A model generated the notes under the pieces. The model saw only the letters and a program-made list of their open reading frames with translations, was not told where the DNA came from and ran no database searches. The translations under genes and the position numbers were made by a program. This document shows positions 36,452 to 46,089 of a DNA stretch of 64,000 bases, in pieces (the stretch's first letter is position 1; each line of letters opens with the position of its first letter). The stretch spans positions 1 to 64,000 of the IMG/VR virus record IMGVR_UViG_3300033997_000092, one strand, 5' to 3'.

Positions 36452-39046
36452 TTAAATTATCTTGCGTCCGCCGCCATAGATCCAAAGATCAGAAACAACT
36501 TCTTTATCTTTGTTACCACCACGAACTTGACGCACTGTTAAAGTACCGTCATGGATATTGTAATCGACTACTTCAACAGTCAACCACACTTTACCCTTTT
36601 TGATACTGTAGACAGGTGCATTCATAATAAGCGCATCGCTGGTCAGTGCCTCTGTCAGAGCATTAGCTAATTTGGCTTGGCGATCAATCAGAGTACCAAG
36701 TTTAACAGCGTCAGGAGAACCTGGAGAGGCACCCTGTGCTTTAGCTGTGGCATCTTTGATTTGCTGTGTCAAGCGATTCAGTTCTTCAACTGAGGCTTTA
36801 ACATCGCCAATCTTATCCATGTTCTGTACCATAGTGTGAATCAGACGACTACGTTCAATAGCCTTAGGCTCACGTTCTGGTAATATCAGACCAAGAATAA
36901 CCAATGTATATTCTTTACCTTCACTAATACGCTCTGTTACTTTACCGCGGAAGAAGTTACCATATGCACGGCGAATACGGTCGATTGTATTCTTAGCTTC
37001 TTGTACGAAAAGTGGGCTGTTGTTAGGAGCTGCCAGCACAATACGTGGAGGATTGTTGATAACAACATGCTCAGCACCAGCAGGCAACAATTTACTATCT
37101 TTGATATAGTAGGGCTTAAACTCAGCAGAGAAGAAACCTTCGTTGATTGCTTTAGCTAATTCCAACAACACAGATGTTTCGTTACCTGTATAGATTGGTT
37201 GCTTCAGCTTGTACCCAGTAGCAGGCTGCTTAGGACGAACAGTGAATTTCTCCATTGCTTGCGTAAGCATTACTGACTTGGCCTGGTTCTTGTTGGCAAT
37301 ACTATCACCAACAGCTTTAGCCAGAACTGGATATTGTTGCTTCTGGGAATTAACTACTAATGAGTCGTTGCCTTTCAGCACGAATGTTTTGTACATTGGA
37401 ACAGCAGTTGATTTTTTACGTACCAGCTCTGCTTTAACCAATACATCAAGTTCTTTCTGCGTTGTAGCCAAAAGTACACTGTATTCATCGACGAATGCTG
37501 ATGTCTGAACAAGTCCAACATGGACAGGAGAAGTTTTACCGAAGATTTGAAGCTTCTTAACTTCTTTTGCTTTCTGTCGTAAATCTTTATTGGAATCTTT
37601 TACAGTACCGAAACGCTTGGTTTCAACAGCCTCGCGTAGCTCCTGTTGTTTAGGAGACTCAGGTACCTTACGTTTTGTTTCTGCCTTAACTGCAATAGAC
37701 AGTTCTTTAGCAGGTGATGTTACCTTGATGCCTGCAGGTACTTTGCCTTTGTAAGGAACACAAGACTTCAGTAGCAGGTCAAGTTCACGTTCTGTCAGCT
37801 TGAATTCTACCTTTGGTTCTTGTAAGTCAATTACATACATTACGTTGCGTATGCCACGGCGGTAACCAAACACTTCATTGGCTTCTAAGCTCATTTCATA
37901 TTTGGCATGGTGATTACGCAAATGCTTTGCACGACCGTTAGCTGGCTTGTAACGTACTACAGTGTATTCTTTATCAGCAGCAGACTGAGACACTATGACG
38001 TTGTGTTGGCGATGTTCACCGGTACGTGGACCGCCACGATTGAAATTGGCAGCAGGTTTGCGTGTTACCAAATGCTGCTTATGCTCACCGCTACGAACTC
38101 CGTACGGATAACCTGACACGTTTGCAAAGTGCGATGTCTTAGTTTGGGTAGACTCTGACTCAGGAACAGGAGAAGGCTTATCACCTTCATTTGAAGCAGG
38201 TACAGTCGCTTCTAAACAAAGTTCATGTTCAACGCCTTCAGCAACTACGTCATTACATTTGTTGTCTGATATTGTACCAAACCGAGTAGATAAATCCTTT
38301 ATCTCAGTTGTGATACGAGGCGTATTGCCATATATCTCAGATACTGGAACATTCACAGGACCATCGGTACCACAATGTTTTGCAATGACAGCATCTACAA
38401 CGTGTTTGATTTTCTCAATTTCCATAGCGTTACACAACAGGAACATTGCTTTCTTCAAACGCATTGTATCACGCATAGATACCATGCTGTTCATACGGCT
38501 GTATTCTTCTGCATCCGATTCGGTCAAAGCAGACATAAAGCCTTCGAAGCCCCAGCACAGCCACAGACCCAATTTGTAACTGAAACCAAAAGAACATACT
38601 GTGTGGATAGGCTGTCCTGTTTCACGGTCGTGTACTACGCGTGGAGCGCGTACATCTAAATCATGGAGAATCTGAGCAACAGGGTAGCGTCCAATCAACT
38701 GACCAAACGAGTTGCAGAAAATCAATTCTTCTGCAGGCAAGCCTTGATCTACTACACAAGATGATACACCAACTCGCCAGTTAAAATCTGGACCGCACAC
38801 TTTAGATGCTAACTCAGTTCCGGGTAAACTATCACACTCTGGCTCAGATGGCTTAACTATGATAGCGGCTGTTGACTCAAGTTCATTTGCCTGTAGCCGC
38901 TGTGTTTTGCCGAATAACGGCATAGGTTTACCATTACCGAAACTGATAGTGCCGTTCCCATAATCAGCACTGATAGATATATGCAGATCGTCTTGGGCTA
39001 AGTGTAACCAAACTCTATCAGTCTGGGGAATCATAGATTTGTCCAT
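36452..39046 (-). CDS. large multi-domain putative virion/internal protein
   Basis: 864 aa in the late block; shares a domain with 54240..54929. Confidence 0.7.
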   Translation of the reverse strand: MDKSMIPQTDRVWLHLAQDDLHISISADYGNGTISFGNGKPMPLFGKTQRLQANELESTAAIIVKPSEPECDSLPGTELASKVCGPDFNWRVGVSSCVVDQGLPAEELIFCNSFGQLIGRYPVAQILHDLDVRAPRVVHDRETGQPIHTVCSFGFSYKLGLWLCWGFEGFMSALTESDAEEYSRMNSMVSMRDTMRLKKAMFLLCNAMEIEKIKHVVDAVIAKHCGTDGPVNVPVSEIYGNTPRITTEIKDLSTRFGTISDNKCNDVVAEGVEHELCLEATVPASNEGDKPSPVPESESTQTKTSHFANVSGYPYGVRSGEHKQHLVTRKPAANFNRGGPRTGEHRQHNVIVSQSAADKEYTVVRYKPANGRAKHLRNHHAKYEMSLEANEVFGYRRGIRNVMYVIDLQEPKVEFKLTERELDLLLKSCVPYKGKVPAGIKVTSPAKELSIAVKAETKRKVPESPKQQELREAVETKRFGTVKDSNKDLRQKAKEVKKLQIFGKTSPVHVGLVQTSAFVDEYSVLLATTQKELDVLVKAELVRKKSTAVPMYKTFVLKGNDSLVVNSQKQQYPVLAKAVGDSIANKNQAKSVMLTQAMEKFTVRPKQPATGYKLKQPIYTGNETSVLLELAKAINEGFFSAEFKPYYIKDSKLLPAGAEHVVINNPPRIVLAAPNNSPLFVQEAKNTIDRIRRAYGNFFRGKVTERISEGKEYTLVILGLILPEREPKAIERSRLIHTMVQNMDKIGDVKASVEELNRLTQQIKDATAKAQGASPGSPDAVKLGTLIDRQAKLANALTEALTSDALIMNAPVYSIKKGKVWLTVEVVDYNIHDGTLTVRQVRGGNKDKEVVSDLWIYGGGRKII

Positions 39047-39048
39047 TG

Positions 39049-39687
39049 TTATCCCTCTAAATCTACTGGAGTAGACGGTCTGTACTCAGGCCAATCAACC
39101 CACGATAGTGTTAATAATTCGTTCACTGAATTCGCTGCTAAGATACGGCGCTTCAATATCCTACGCTGGCCTTCAACCTGACCGAAATAATCCTTCAGGC
39201 TGTCGTTTGACCCAAGATAGTTTTGGATAATCGAAATGCACAGTTCATAAGGGTCTTGATTGACCACATCACTTTCATTTTTGATTATCGTAGGAACCGT
39301 TACCTGAGCAACATCTTCATTTTTAACTTGGGCTTCTTCGTAATCTTTTACATAAGCACAGGCCTCATCGTACTTTATTTTGTAGATGTCTGCCTGAATC
39401 TGAGTTGTCGTTTTTGAAATCGTATGATAGCTTGTGGCTTGTTGCTGCAAAGTATTTGCCTGCTCAAACGATCTTTCTATATACAGGAATTTTGAATATT
39501 CCAATTGCACACGTTCAGCTTCATACTCAGATATGGAATGGTGTGACGTAATTACCAAATCGTTGAATGTTGTACCAGAAGCATAACACTCAAGTCCTGG
39601 TATGGCCCAAGTCAAAGCAGATACAAATGAAGGTATGTTCGGTCTTCCGTCAGGATTAGAGCCTGCCGAACTGGGAGGTACAATCAT
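39049..39687 (-). CDS. hypothetical protein, possible tail-fibre assembly chaperone
   Basis: C-terminal ILAANSVNELLTLSW resembles fibre-chaperone ends (recollection). Confidence 0.5.
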   Translation of the reverse strand: MIVPPSSAGSNPDGRPNIPSFVSALTWAIPGLECYASGTTFNDLVITSHHSISEYEAERVQLEYSKFLYIERSFEQANTLQQQATSYHTISKTTTQIQADIYKIKYDEACAYVKDYEEAQVKNEDVAQVTVPTIIKNESDVVNQDPYELCISIIQNYLGSNDSLKDYFGQVEGQRRILKRRILAANSVNELLTLSWVDWPEYRPSTPVDLEG

Positions 39688-40181
39688 AATGAAATCCTCT
39701 CAATAAACAAAGAGCAACCTTCTGGCAATAAATTTATAGTTCCAGGAGAATTCAACCTGCGTACTCCAATTTGGACATAATCGCCTTTGTTGAGAACTAC
39801 ATTAGGTAAAGCAAACTCTAATGTCTGTGTTCCTTGATTACCCAACTGATAAGCGTTACCGTACGAAACACTTCTGGCCAGTCCTTCACCATTAACAGCA
39901 ATAAACACTTGCACTATATCACCTGCACGGGCAGCGTTAGCTCCTCCTGTGCTATATCCTTCTATAGATACAGTACACCTGTACTTGATGCTGTATGTAG
40001 ATCTTTCAGTTACACGGATTCTATCTTTCTCTGTGCCCTGACTATACAATCTAACATCATACCCTTGAACAAGTGTTATAGGAATTGCTACTGCCTGTGA
40101 CGAACTAAGTGTAAGTCCCGACGGAGATACTGCTAAGGCAGATTGTGCTTTTTGTTGGACCAACTGGCCATTCATATTCAT
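39684..40181 (-). CDS. beta-rich putative virion protein (fibre-tip/C1q-like)
   Basis: Alternating beta-strand pattern, for example VLNKGDYVQIGVR. Confidence 0.5.
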   Translation of the reverse strand: MNMNGQLVQQKAQSALAVSPSGLTLSSSQAVAIPITLVQGYDVRLYSQGTEKDRIRVTERSTYSIKYRCTVSIEGYSTGGANAARAGDIVQVFIAVNGEGLARSVSYGNAYQLGNQGTQTLEFALPNVVLNKGDYVQIGVRRLNSPGTINLLPEGCSLFIERISL

Positions 40182-40747
40182 TATTCAATCCACACTAAGG
40201 AAGCGTCAAATTCCACTACCCGTGTTGGCATGTTGTGTTCATCAAACATGGCTACCTTAGCTCTAGTGCCTGCCCAATTCAAACCTACCATAATTCCTTG
40301 TTGTTCACGATTTGGTCCTACCAATACGGGAGTGTTCATCGCACGATGTTCACGGGAATACGTGATGTTCTTCACGTTTATGTTCAGCATCTTCTTGCCT
40401 TCAAAGGCTTTTACTTGGTCTGCTACAAACTTACGGCAAGTAACAACCAAGTCTTCTTTAAGTCTGCGTATGTCAGCATTCATAAAGAAGGTCATACATG
40501 CTTCCCTTACATCCTTATATGGGTAACTCACAAGCGGAGTTTTAGGTGCTTTGTTTTCAACCATGAAAGCATCTTTACCAAGTTTGATAAGCTTGGTTTG
40601 CACGTTGGTCATTTTGTTTGTCCACGTCAGTGAATAAACATTACCAATCTTATCAAACTTGACTTCTATTTGTACAGGGCCGTATGTTTCTCGCCGAAGT
40701 GCTGCACTGGCTGTGGCAGCCAAACTGATGAATACAAGCATTGTCAA
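40181..40747 (-). CDS. hypothetical putative virion protein
   Basis: 188 aa; N-terminal FISLAA motif. Confidence 0.7.
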   Translation of the reverse strand: MTMLVFISLAATASAALRRETYGPVQIEVKFDKIGNVYSLTWTNKMTNVQTKLIKLGKDAFMVENKAPKTPLVSYPYKDVREACMTFFMNADIRRLKEDLVVTCRKFVADQVKAFEGKKMLNINVKNITYSREHRAMNTPVLVGPNREQQGIMVGLNWAGTRAKVAMFDEHNMPTRVVEFDASLVWIE

Positions 40748-41244
40748 TTCCTTAATGATATTAGTAAGCCACAGCGGAACATTAAATCGCGCTCTGTAGG
40801 AAGCAGAGTGCCGCGGCTAGAACCTTCAATGAAAGTTCCTGTGAATACACCGACATAGACAAAGCTGTTAGGCTTTACTGAAGCCAAGCAATCAGAGAAG
40901 TTTTTGAAGCACACAGGACCTACTTTAATATCTGGAGCCAGCGATGTTTCTCCAGTTAAGGCAGACCTGTACAGTTCTGGGTCCCTGTCTTGCAGCAACC
41001 GTCTATCGTATTTTATGAATGAAGGCAGTTTCTGCCATTGATTGTAAATGCGTGAGCGTTCAGCATTTGTTATACTTGGGTGAAGCAACGACATAAATGC
41101 AACGCGCTTAACATCTAGTGCCAGACTCTCACCGTCAGGCAAAGCAACAATCTTTGCATCAAACATCTTAGTTTTGTTTGGTGAGGCTTTACGCAGTAGA
41201 TTGTTCAAGTTGTTTTGTACTGTCAGATCTACAGGATTAATCAT
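40744..41244 (-). CDS. hypothetical protein
   Basis: ATGA-type coupling on both sides. Confidence 0.7.
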   Translation of the reverse strand: MINPVDLTVQNNLNNLLRKASPNKTKMFDAKIVALPDGESLALDVKRVAFMSLLHPSITNAERSRIYNQWQKLPSFIKYDRRLLQDRDPELYRSALTGETSLAPDIKVGPVCFKNFSDCLASVKPNSFVYVGVFTGTFIEGSSRGTLLPTERDLMFRCGLLISLRN

Positions 41245-41600
41245 TCGCGTTTACCTCTGTGTCCAAAAACAGCAACGCCTGTGAGTATGGAACCTATTGC
41301 AAGATAAAACATACCGACACCATCAGACAATGTTAAAGGTTTCCAGACTCTTGTGTTGTACTCGATTATCATATGACGACTTTTATCATCAAGGTCTTTA
41401 ACAAGGATAGCCAGTTCGTCGGCAGGAACTCTTGTCTTTCCTATGTATGCTGGCGCAATGGCAAAATCGAATAAGATGATAATGCAGAATACTGTGGCTA
41501 ACAATGGCTTCCATGCATGGCGCATAAAATCACGCTTATCGGATGCCTTCTGCCTCATATTTATAATGCGCCTCTGTAGCCTGAATGTAAGAGGAGTCAT
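41241..41600 (-). CDS. holin-like membrane protein
   Basis: WKPLLATVFCIIILFDFAIAP and a second TM helix; resembles the 3TM GTA-holin family. Confidence 0.5.
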   Translation of the reverse strand: MTPLTFRLQRRIINMRQKASDKRDFMRHAWKPLLATVFCIIILFDFAIAPAYIGKTRVPADELAILVKDLDDKSRHMIIEYNTRVWKPLTLSDGVGMFYLAIGSILTGVAVFGHRGKRE

Positions 41601-41609
41601 TCAAGTACC

Positions 41610-42242
41610 TCACGAATAAGGGTCAGAGTTCAGTAGTGGATAGGCTAAGTAGCGCTTATATCCACAGCGTGGGTGTTTAGATAAGTAAGAGCTACGGTCA
41701 GCTTTACACAGACCTAAGAATTGAATCAAGCTGAGGTCTTGCATAGGTGTGGATTTTGTTGAACAGTCAAATCTCATTGACCTATCAATAGTAGCTTTAC
41801 TGAAGCCTCCACGCCATGCAAGTTTTGTCAACAACCAGCGCCTTGTCTTACCTGGTACTTTGCGGCGTTTAGCATTAACTAAAGCGCGTACACCGCCTTC
41901 CGAATCCACGACAAGAATGCCAGCACCATGTTCTTTGGCACGCTTCTTAATATACTCGCCTTGTTTGGATTCAAACAGTTCGATTGTTATTAAGAAGTAC
42001 ATCTTGTTGCAATACTCCAGATAGCTTTCCCATTTGGTATCTGTAACAAAGTCACGCCAGCTCGACTTAATCTCAGTGATTATCAAATCGCCTTTCATGT
42101 TGAAGGCAAGTATATCTGCACGTAGATTGGACCTGTGCTTACTTGCCTTTAACCCTACCTCATCATAAACACTAAAACCCTTATCTACGAAGTAGTAAGT
42201 GGCTACTCTCCGCAGTCTAAGGGTTGTTTCTTTCCTACTCAT
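41610..42242 (-). CDS. mmcB: MmcB-family PD-(D/E)XK nuclease
   Basis: RADILAF...TEIKSSWRDFVTDTKWESYLEYCNKMYF. Confidence 0.82.
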   Translation of the reverse strand: MSRKETTLRLRRVATYYFVDKGFSVYDEVGLKASKHRSNLRADILAFNMKGDLIITEIKSSWRDFVTDTKWESYLEYCNKMYFLITIELFESKQGEYIKKRAKEHGAGILVVDSEGGVRALVNAKRRKVPGKTRRWLLTKLAWRGGFSKATIDRSMRFDCSTKSTPMQDLSLIQFLGLCKADRSSYLSKHPRCGYKRYLAYPLLNSDPYS

Positions 42243-42244
42243 TA

Positions 42245-42697
42245 TTAATCGTCCTTCAATGGCTCGATTACTTCTTGGTCAAACCACAACACTATCTGAG
42301 GCATTTGGGACAAAGCATTACGCACTGATTGCAGGTATAGTTCAGCATCATCACCATACGCAAGGCTCAAGTGAGGCTTGAATGACGGATAGCTGTGCTT
42401 GTAACCAGAATAAATGAAGTAGTTCCAGCGGCGAGTAAGAGAAGGGGCCTTAAGCTTCAACACTACTGCACGCCATTTGCCTTCACCCATAACTTCAGCG
42501 CCCACTACCTCAACACGGTGCTGTGTGTTGCTTGGACTCAGATTACCAATAGGTGTATCTTTATCGTACAAAATAGTCGAGTGAAGTTTGTTTCCGGGAA
42601 TACAGACATTGTTAGGAATGCCTGCTTTGTTCATAATGCGTTTGATAATGTCAACAGACTCACGGGTCGGCTTAACACATACATAGGTACCTGGCAT
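42245..42697 (-). CDS. acb1: 2H phosphoesterase, Acb1/T4 gp57B-like
   Basis: GTYVCVK, LHSTILY and FKPHLSLAY parallel T4 57B GLYVAAK, IHSTICY and YTPHITLSY. Confidence 0.78.
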   Translation of the reverse strand: MPGTYVCVKPTRESVDIIKRIMNKAGIPNNVCIPGNKLHSTILYDKDTPIGNLSPSNTQHRVEVVGAEVMGEGKWRAVVLKLKAPSLTRRWNYFIYSGYKHSYPSFKPHLSLAYGDDAELYLQSVRNALSQMPQIVLWFDQEVIEPLKDD

Positions 42698-42707
42698 ATC
42701 AATCTCC

Positions 42708-43664
42708 TTACGAGGAGATCGAATCTATCAGATCTCCTACTTTAAAAATGCCCAGAACACGAAGCGACATTGGGTTCTTCAAAACGATGCCTTGAGATTT
42801 AATATCAATCAGTGAGGCATACAGGAACTTAGTGTTCTGGTCTATTGTTATTGGTCTTAAAAGTTCTTCATCGTCATCACGGTCAAAAACTTTCTTGTTT
42901 GTTTGATCTAAGATAATGCTGTGGACTGTGTAGTCCTCATTTGGAGAACCAAGTATGCAAATCTTAAATTGTCTCAGTATGGGGTCCTTACGTTTGAATT
43001 CATCGTACAGGAACTTAGCTGAGTGGCCGTGACATAAACCAACATTACCCATCGATTTGTATATGTTGGAAATATCATAGCCTCCTCTTTGTTTCAAAGC
43101 ACCGAGCAGTATCTTGGTAGCAAAGAACACCGGAGGTTTGTTTAAATCTGAAGCAACTGCTTTAAGTGATTTTGCTCCGCCATTTTCACGAACCAAATTC
43201 TTTAGATCTTGGTAGGTATAGCGTGTTACCAAACGGACACGTACAAGCTTTTCAGCAGCTTTGTATGTGTATGCAGGTTGAAGCAATTTATCTTTACGCA
43301 GGTAACGGCCTTCATTTGACCGTATGTGCTGGGCTGGGTCCATAACAACCACAAGTCCCTCACTGACAATACAGTGGAAGCGTCCACCGTTATCAGTGTA
43401 GATATTAAGCATCAGATTCTTTGGATTATCTTGCATTGCTATGTGGAGAAAAGAAGCCACAGGTGCATACGCAAACAAACCTGAACTGTTTAAAGCACTA
43501 CGGAAGAATTCATTACCACGTGCGTTGCTGCGGTAGTAGGGCATGTCTTTCAAAGCCCTTTTGCTATCGATAGCTCCGAACAGATTTCTGGCTATCTTGG
43601 CGGCCTCGTCATAGTCACGACTACACGAAATGAATCGCCGCTTTAGTTTAACCTTGATTTTCAT
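42708..43664 (-). CDS. hypothetical protein with a possible C-terminal papain/transglutaminase-like domain
   Basis: GLCHGHS...VHSIILD gives a Cys-His-Asp pattern. Confidence 0.55.
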   Translation of the reverse strand: MKIKVKLKRRFISCSRDYDEAAKIARNLFGAIDSKRALKDMPYYRSNARGNEFFRSALNSSGLFAYAPVASFLHIAMQDNPKNLMLNIYTDNGGRFHCIVSEGLVVVMDPAQHIRSNEGRYLRKDKLLQPAYTYKAAEKLVRVRLVTRYTYQDLKNLVRENGGAKSLKAVASDLNKPPVFFATKILLGALKQRGGYDISNIYKSMGNVGLCHGHSAKFLYDEFKRKDPILRQFKICILGSPNEDYTVHSIILDQTNKKVFDRDDDEELLRPITIDQNTKFLYASLIDIKSQGIVLKNPMSLRVLGIFKVGDLIDSISS

Positions 43665-43717
43665 AAAATCCTACCATTCTTCAAGTATGCTAATAAATTA
43701 GTAAGGTCCTAGCGATA

Positions 43718-44110
43718 CTACCTGGTCAAGAATGCTCTTTCTGCGCCGGTCATAATCTTATCTATGTGAATAGGGCAGAATCTATGCACAAAAGTACCAA
43801 GCCTAGTCATGGCTTCATTAAATGAAGCTGCCTGGTCAAATGACATTGAACCATAAGGGGCTTCTTCATCACAGAACGCAAGTTCCTCGTCATCGCCCTC
43901 AGATATAACGTAAAGGGCTGTCTCGAAGCAACTGCCTATCTTCTTCAAATGGAAGCCAAAATCCGGGTGTACTAAATTGAATGATTTGTATGTGGTGCAA
44001 TCTGAGGTCGCTTTAACCGTCACGAAAAACGACAGTTCAGGACTCAATGATGTGACTGCCTGGGGAGACGAGTTATACTGCGAATCCCCATCAGAGTTTC
44101 TGATAAGCAT
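43718..44110 (-). CDS. hypothetical protein
   Basis: GGAG RBS. Confidence 0.7.
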   Translation of the reverse strand: MLIRNSDGDSQYNSSPQAVTSLSPELSFFVTVKATSDCTTYKSFNLVHPDFGFHLKKIGSCFETALYVISEGDDEELAFCDEEAPYGSMSFDQAASFNEAMTRLGTFVHRFCPIHIDKIMTGAERAFLTR

Positions 44111-44158
44111 GGTTGCTATCTCCCAGTTGATTTACAAGGAGAAATTAGCGTCTGCTTT

Positions 44159-44503
44159 TTATGGAAGGTCGGGGTGGATAAATTTCACCCGTTTTACATT
44201 AGGGTAGCTTTCTTTAAGCCTTGATTTAATCTTAGGCCTATCACGAGGAGAAGCAACAACAATCAGATATTCGACAGATTCTGCAACTTGCTTATGAGAT
44301 TTAGCCCATACTAAGCCAGCAAACTTAGTGAAACGGAACTGGTGTTCCACAACATCTATGTTTATGTCTTCCCGGAATATATTGACTCTGCCTCCTCCCC
44401 AGAACGCTCCTTCCTTTTTAATAGCAGCATCTACCAAGACAGGTAGATTCTCCAATCCATGCTTACCGTAAGAGATTACTCCTACATCCACATACTTACT
44501 CAT
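44159..44503 (-). CDS. hypothetical protein
   Basis: GAGG RBS. Confidence 0.7.
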   Translation of the reverse strand: MSKYVDVGVISYGKHGLENLPVLVDAAIKKEGAFWGGGRVNIFREDINIDVVEHQFRFTKFAGLVWAKSHKQVAESVEYLIVVASPRDRPKIKSRLKESYPNVKRVKFIHPDLP

Positions 44504-44510
44504 AGGTACC

Positions 44511-45272
44511 TCAGTTCATTTTTGTACGCAGCAACTGAGCATTGTACTCATACACAGCATAAGCCAGGCCTATGTGGTTAGTAAACATATCCATACCAGA
44601 GTCACCTATAGGCAGCTCAACTACATCAGGATAGTTTATATGCAGGCAAAGTTCCTCGACGTCATCTGGGTTATTTAAATCGTAAGAACTTTGATTGAAT
44701 GTGGCTTTGGGAGACAGATAGTAGCACAGGTTACGCAGTGCGCGTTCGGCACCTGTTACACCAATCATATCTTCTACAAATTGCCAGACAAGGCCATCCG
44801 CAACAATCTGCACAAACTCAGGTTTGAAGTTGAGTTCATAGATTGTGCAAGTTTTGTTATCAGGTGACCTGCATACAATCGATACGTTAGTCGGACGGCA
44901 CAGTGTTGTGTCCGTGATTTTCAACACTGGATTGTGTTTATGTTCCATACGCATCAAAACACTGTTGATTAGATCGGTGTCCGATTCTACCAACACGTAT
45001 TGCGTAAGGTCATTCAGTGTTTCGTAAAATTTACGTACCCAATTAGCAGCAAACACATAGGAGTCGCAGTTTATTGCTACTTTGCTATCAGACGGAGACC
45101 CTTCCATTAGATATAACGGGTAAACCACACGATGCGCCAGAGAAGAAGCGCTACGACAATTGAATGTGCCTGCCCTGGAGTACGCTGTTGTTCCAAGATA
45201 ATCACTGTCTTCGTTCTGTACTATGGACATACGGAACTTGTTTGGAATTAATTCCTGTGTAATCATAGTCAT
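44511..45272 (-). CDS. hypothetical protein
   Basis: 253 aa, downstream of the spike gene. Confidence 0.75.
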   Translation of the reverse strand: MTMITQELIPNKFRMSIVQNEDSDYLGTTAYSRAGTFNCRSASSLAHRVVYPLYLMEGSPSDSKVAINCDSYVFAANWVRKFYETLNDLTQYVLVESDTDLINSVLMRMEHKHNPVLKITDTTLCRPTNVSIVCRSPDNKTCTIYELNFKPEFVQIVADGLVWQFVEDMIGVTGAERALRNLCYYLSPKATFNQSSYDLNNPDDVEELCLHINYPDVVELPIGDSGMDMFTNHIGLAYAVYEYNAQLLRTKMN

Positions 45273-45281
45273 TAACCTGTA

Positions 45282-46088
45282 TTAAGCTATATCAACACGC
45301 TGGCCATCGATTGTAGTAGAGCCACCTGAAGATATGTCTGTGTTAGAACCAGCTTTGACTTTAACATTTCGTGCTATGTCAAAATCTGAAGATCCACCAA
45401 CTGTAGCAGTCCAGTCGCCTTCTACTTCAAAGTGCAGGTTTCCTGATTCTTTATCCATCCTTCCTTGAAACGGGACGCGCTTCTGTTGGTTCTTCGTTAG
45501 CTTCTCGTATAAGTCACTAACAGAATCTTTCAGATAGCTAGGAATACCAGGATCGTCTTTCTTAACTGTTAGCTGCATGTTACCTACAACACGCTGGTGA
45601 ACATCACCATAAACGGTCATATGAGTATCACCAGGAACAGTAAGAAACAATTCTCCCGTCTTGTCATCGTAGACGAAGAAGAAACCGCTTGGAAGAATCT
45701 CTCCTAAGCGATTTGGGTAGTTTTCAAGAAATTCTGGAGGAATCGTCTGCTTGTCGAAAGGCAATCTATGTGAGTATGATGGTAACTGAGGGTCACCACC
45801 ATGCTTAAAATAGACTGAAACGCGGTTGCCTTTCTTAGGCACACCAAGAAGCGTAGCAGCACGACCCAAGCCTGAGCCTTTCAGACCACGATTGTGAGTA
45901 TTGTCTTCCGGTATAGCCCAGGGCAAATCTTCGTCTTTGATGCCATCGAACAACAAAGGTATGCGAATTTGAACACGACACATTTGCTCAGGGTCCATGT
46001 CATCAACAACAATACCTATATGGGGCTTCTGTGGATCGATTCCCTTCTTGGAAATCATTTCCATAACATTGACAGCCGTCTTTGCCAT
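45282..46088 (-). CDS. baseplate central spike (gp5/gpV/VgrG-like), no lysozyme domain
   Basis: GIVVDDMDPEQMCRVQIRIP...LPWAIP...PKKGNRVSVYF OB-fold, then beta-helix repeats. Confidence 0.85.
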   Translation of the reverse strand: MAKTAVNVMEMISKKGIDPQKPHIGIVVDDMDPEQMCRVQIRIPLLFDGIKDEDLPWAIPEDNTHNRGLKGSGLGRAATLLGVPKKGNRVSVYFKHGGDPQLPSYSHRLPFDKQTIPPEFLENYPNRLGEILPSGFFFVYDDKTGELFLTVPGDTHMTVYGDVHQRVVGNMQLTVKKDDPGIPSYLKDSVSDLYEKLTKNQQKRVPFQGRMDKESGNLHFEVEGDWTATVGGSSDFDIARNVKVKAGSNTDISSGGSTTIDGQRVDIA

Positions 46089-46089
46089 A

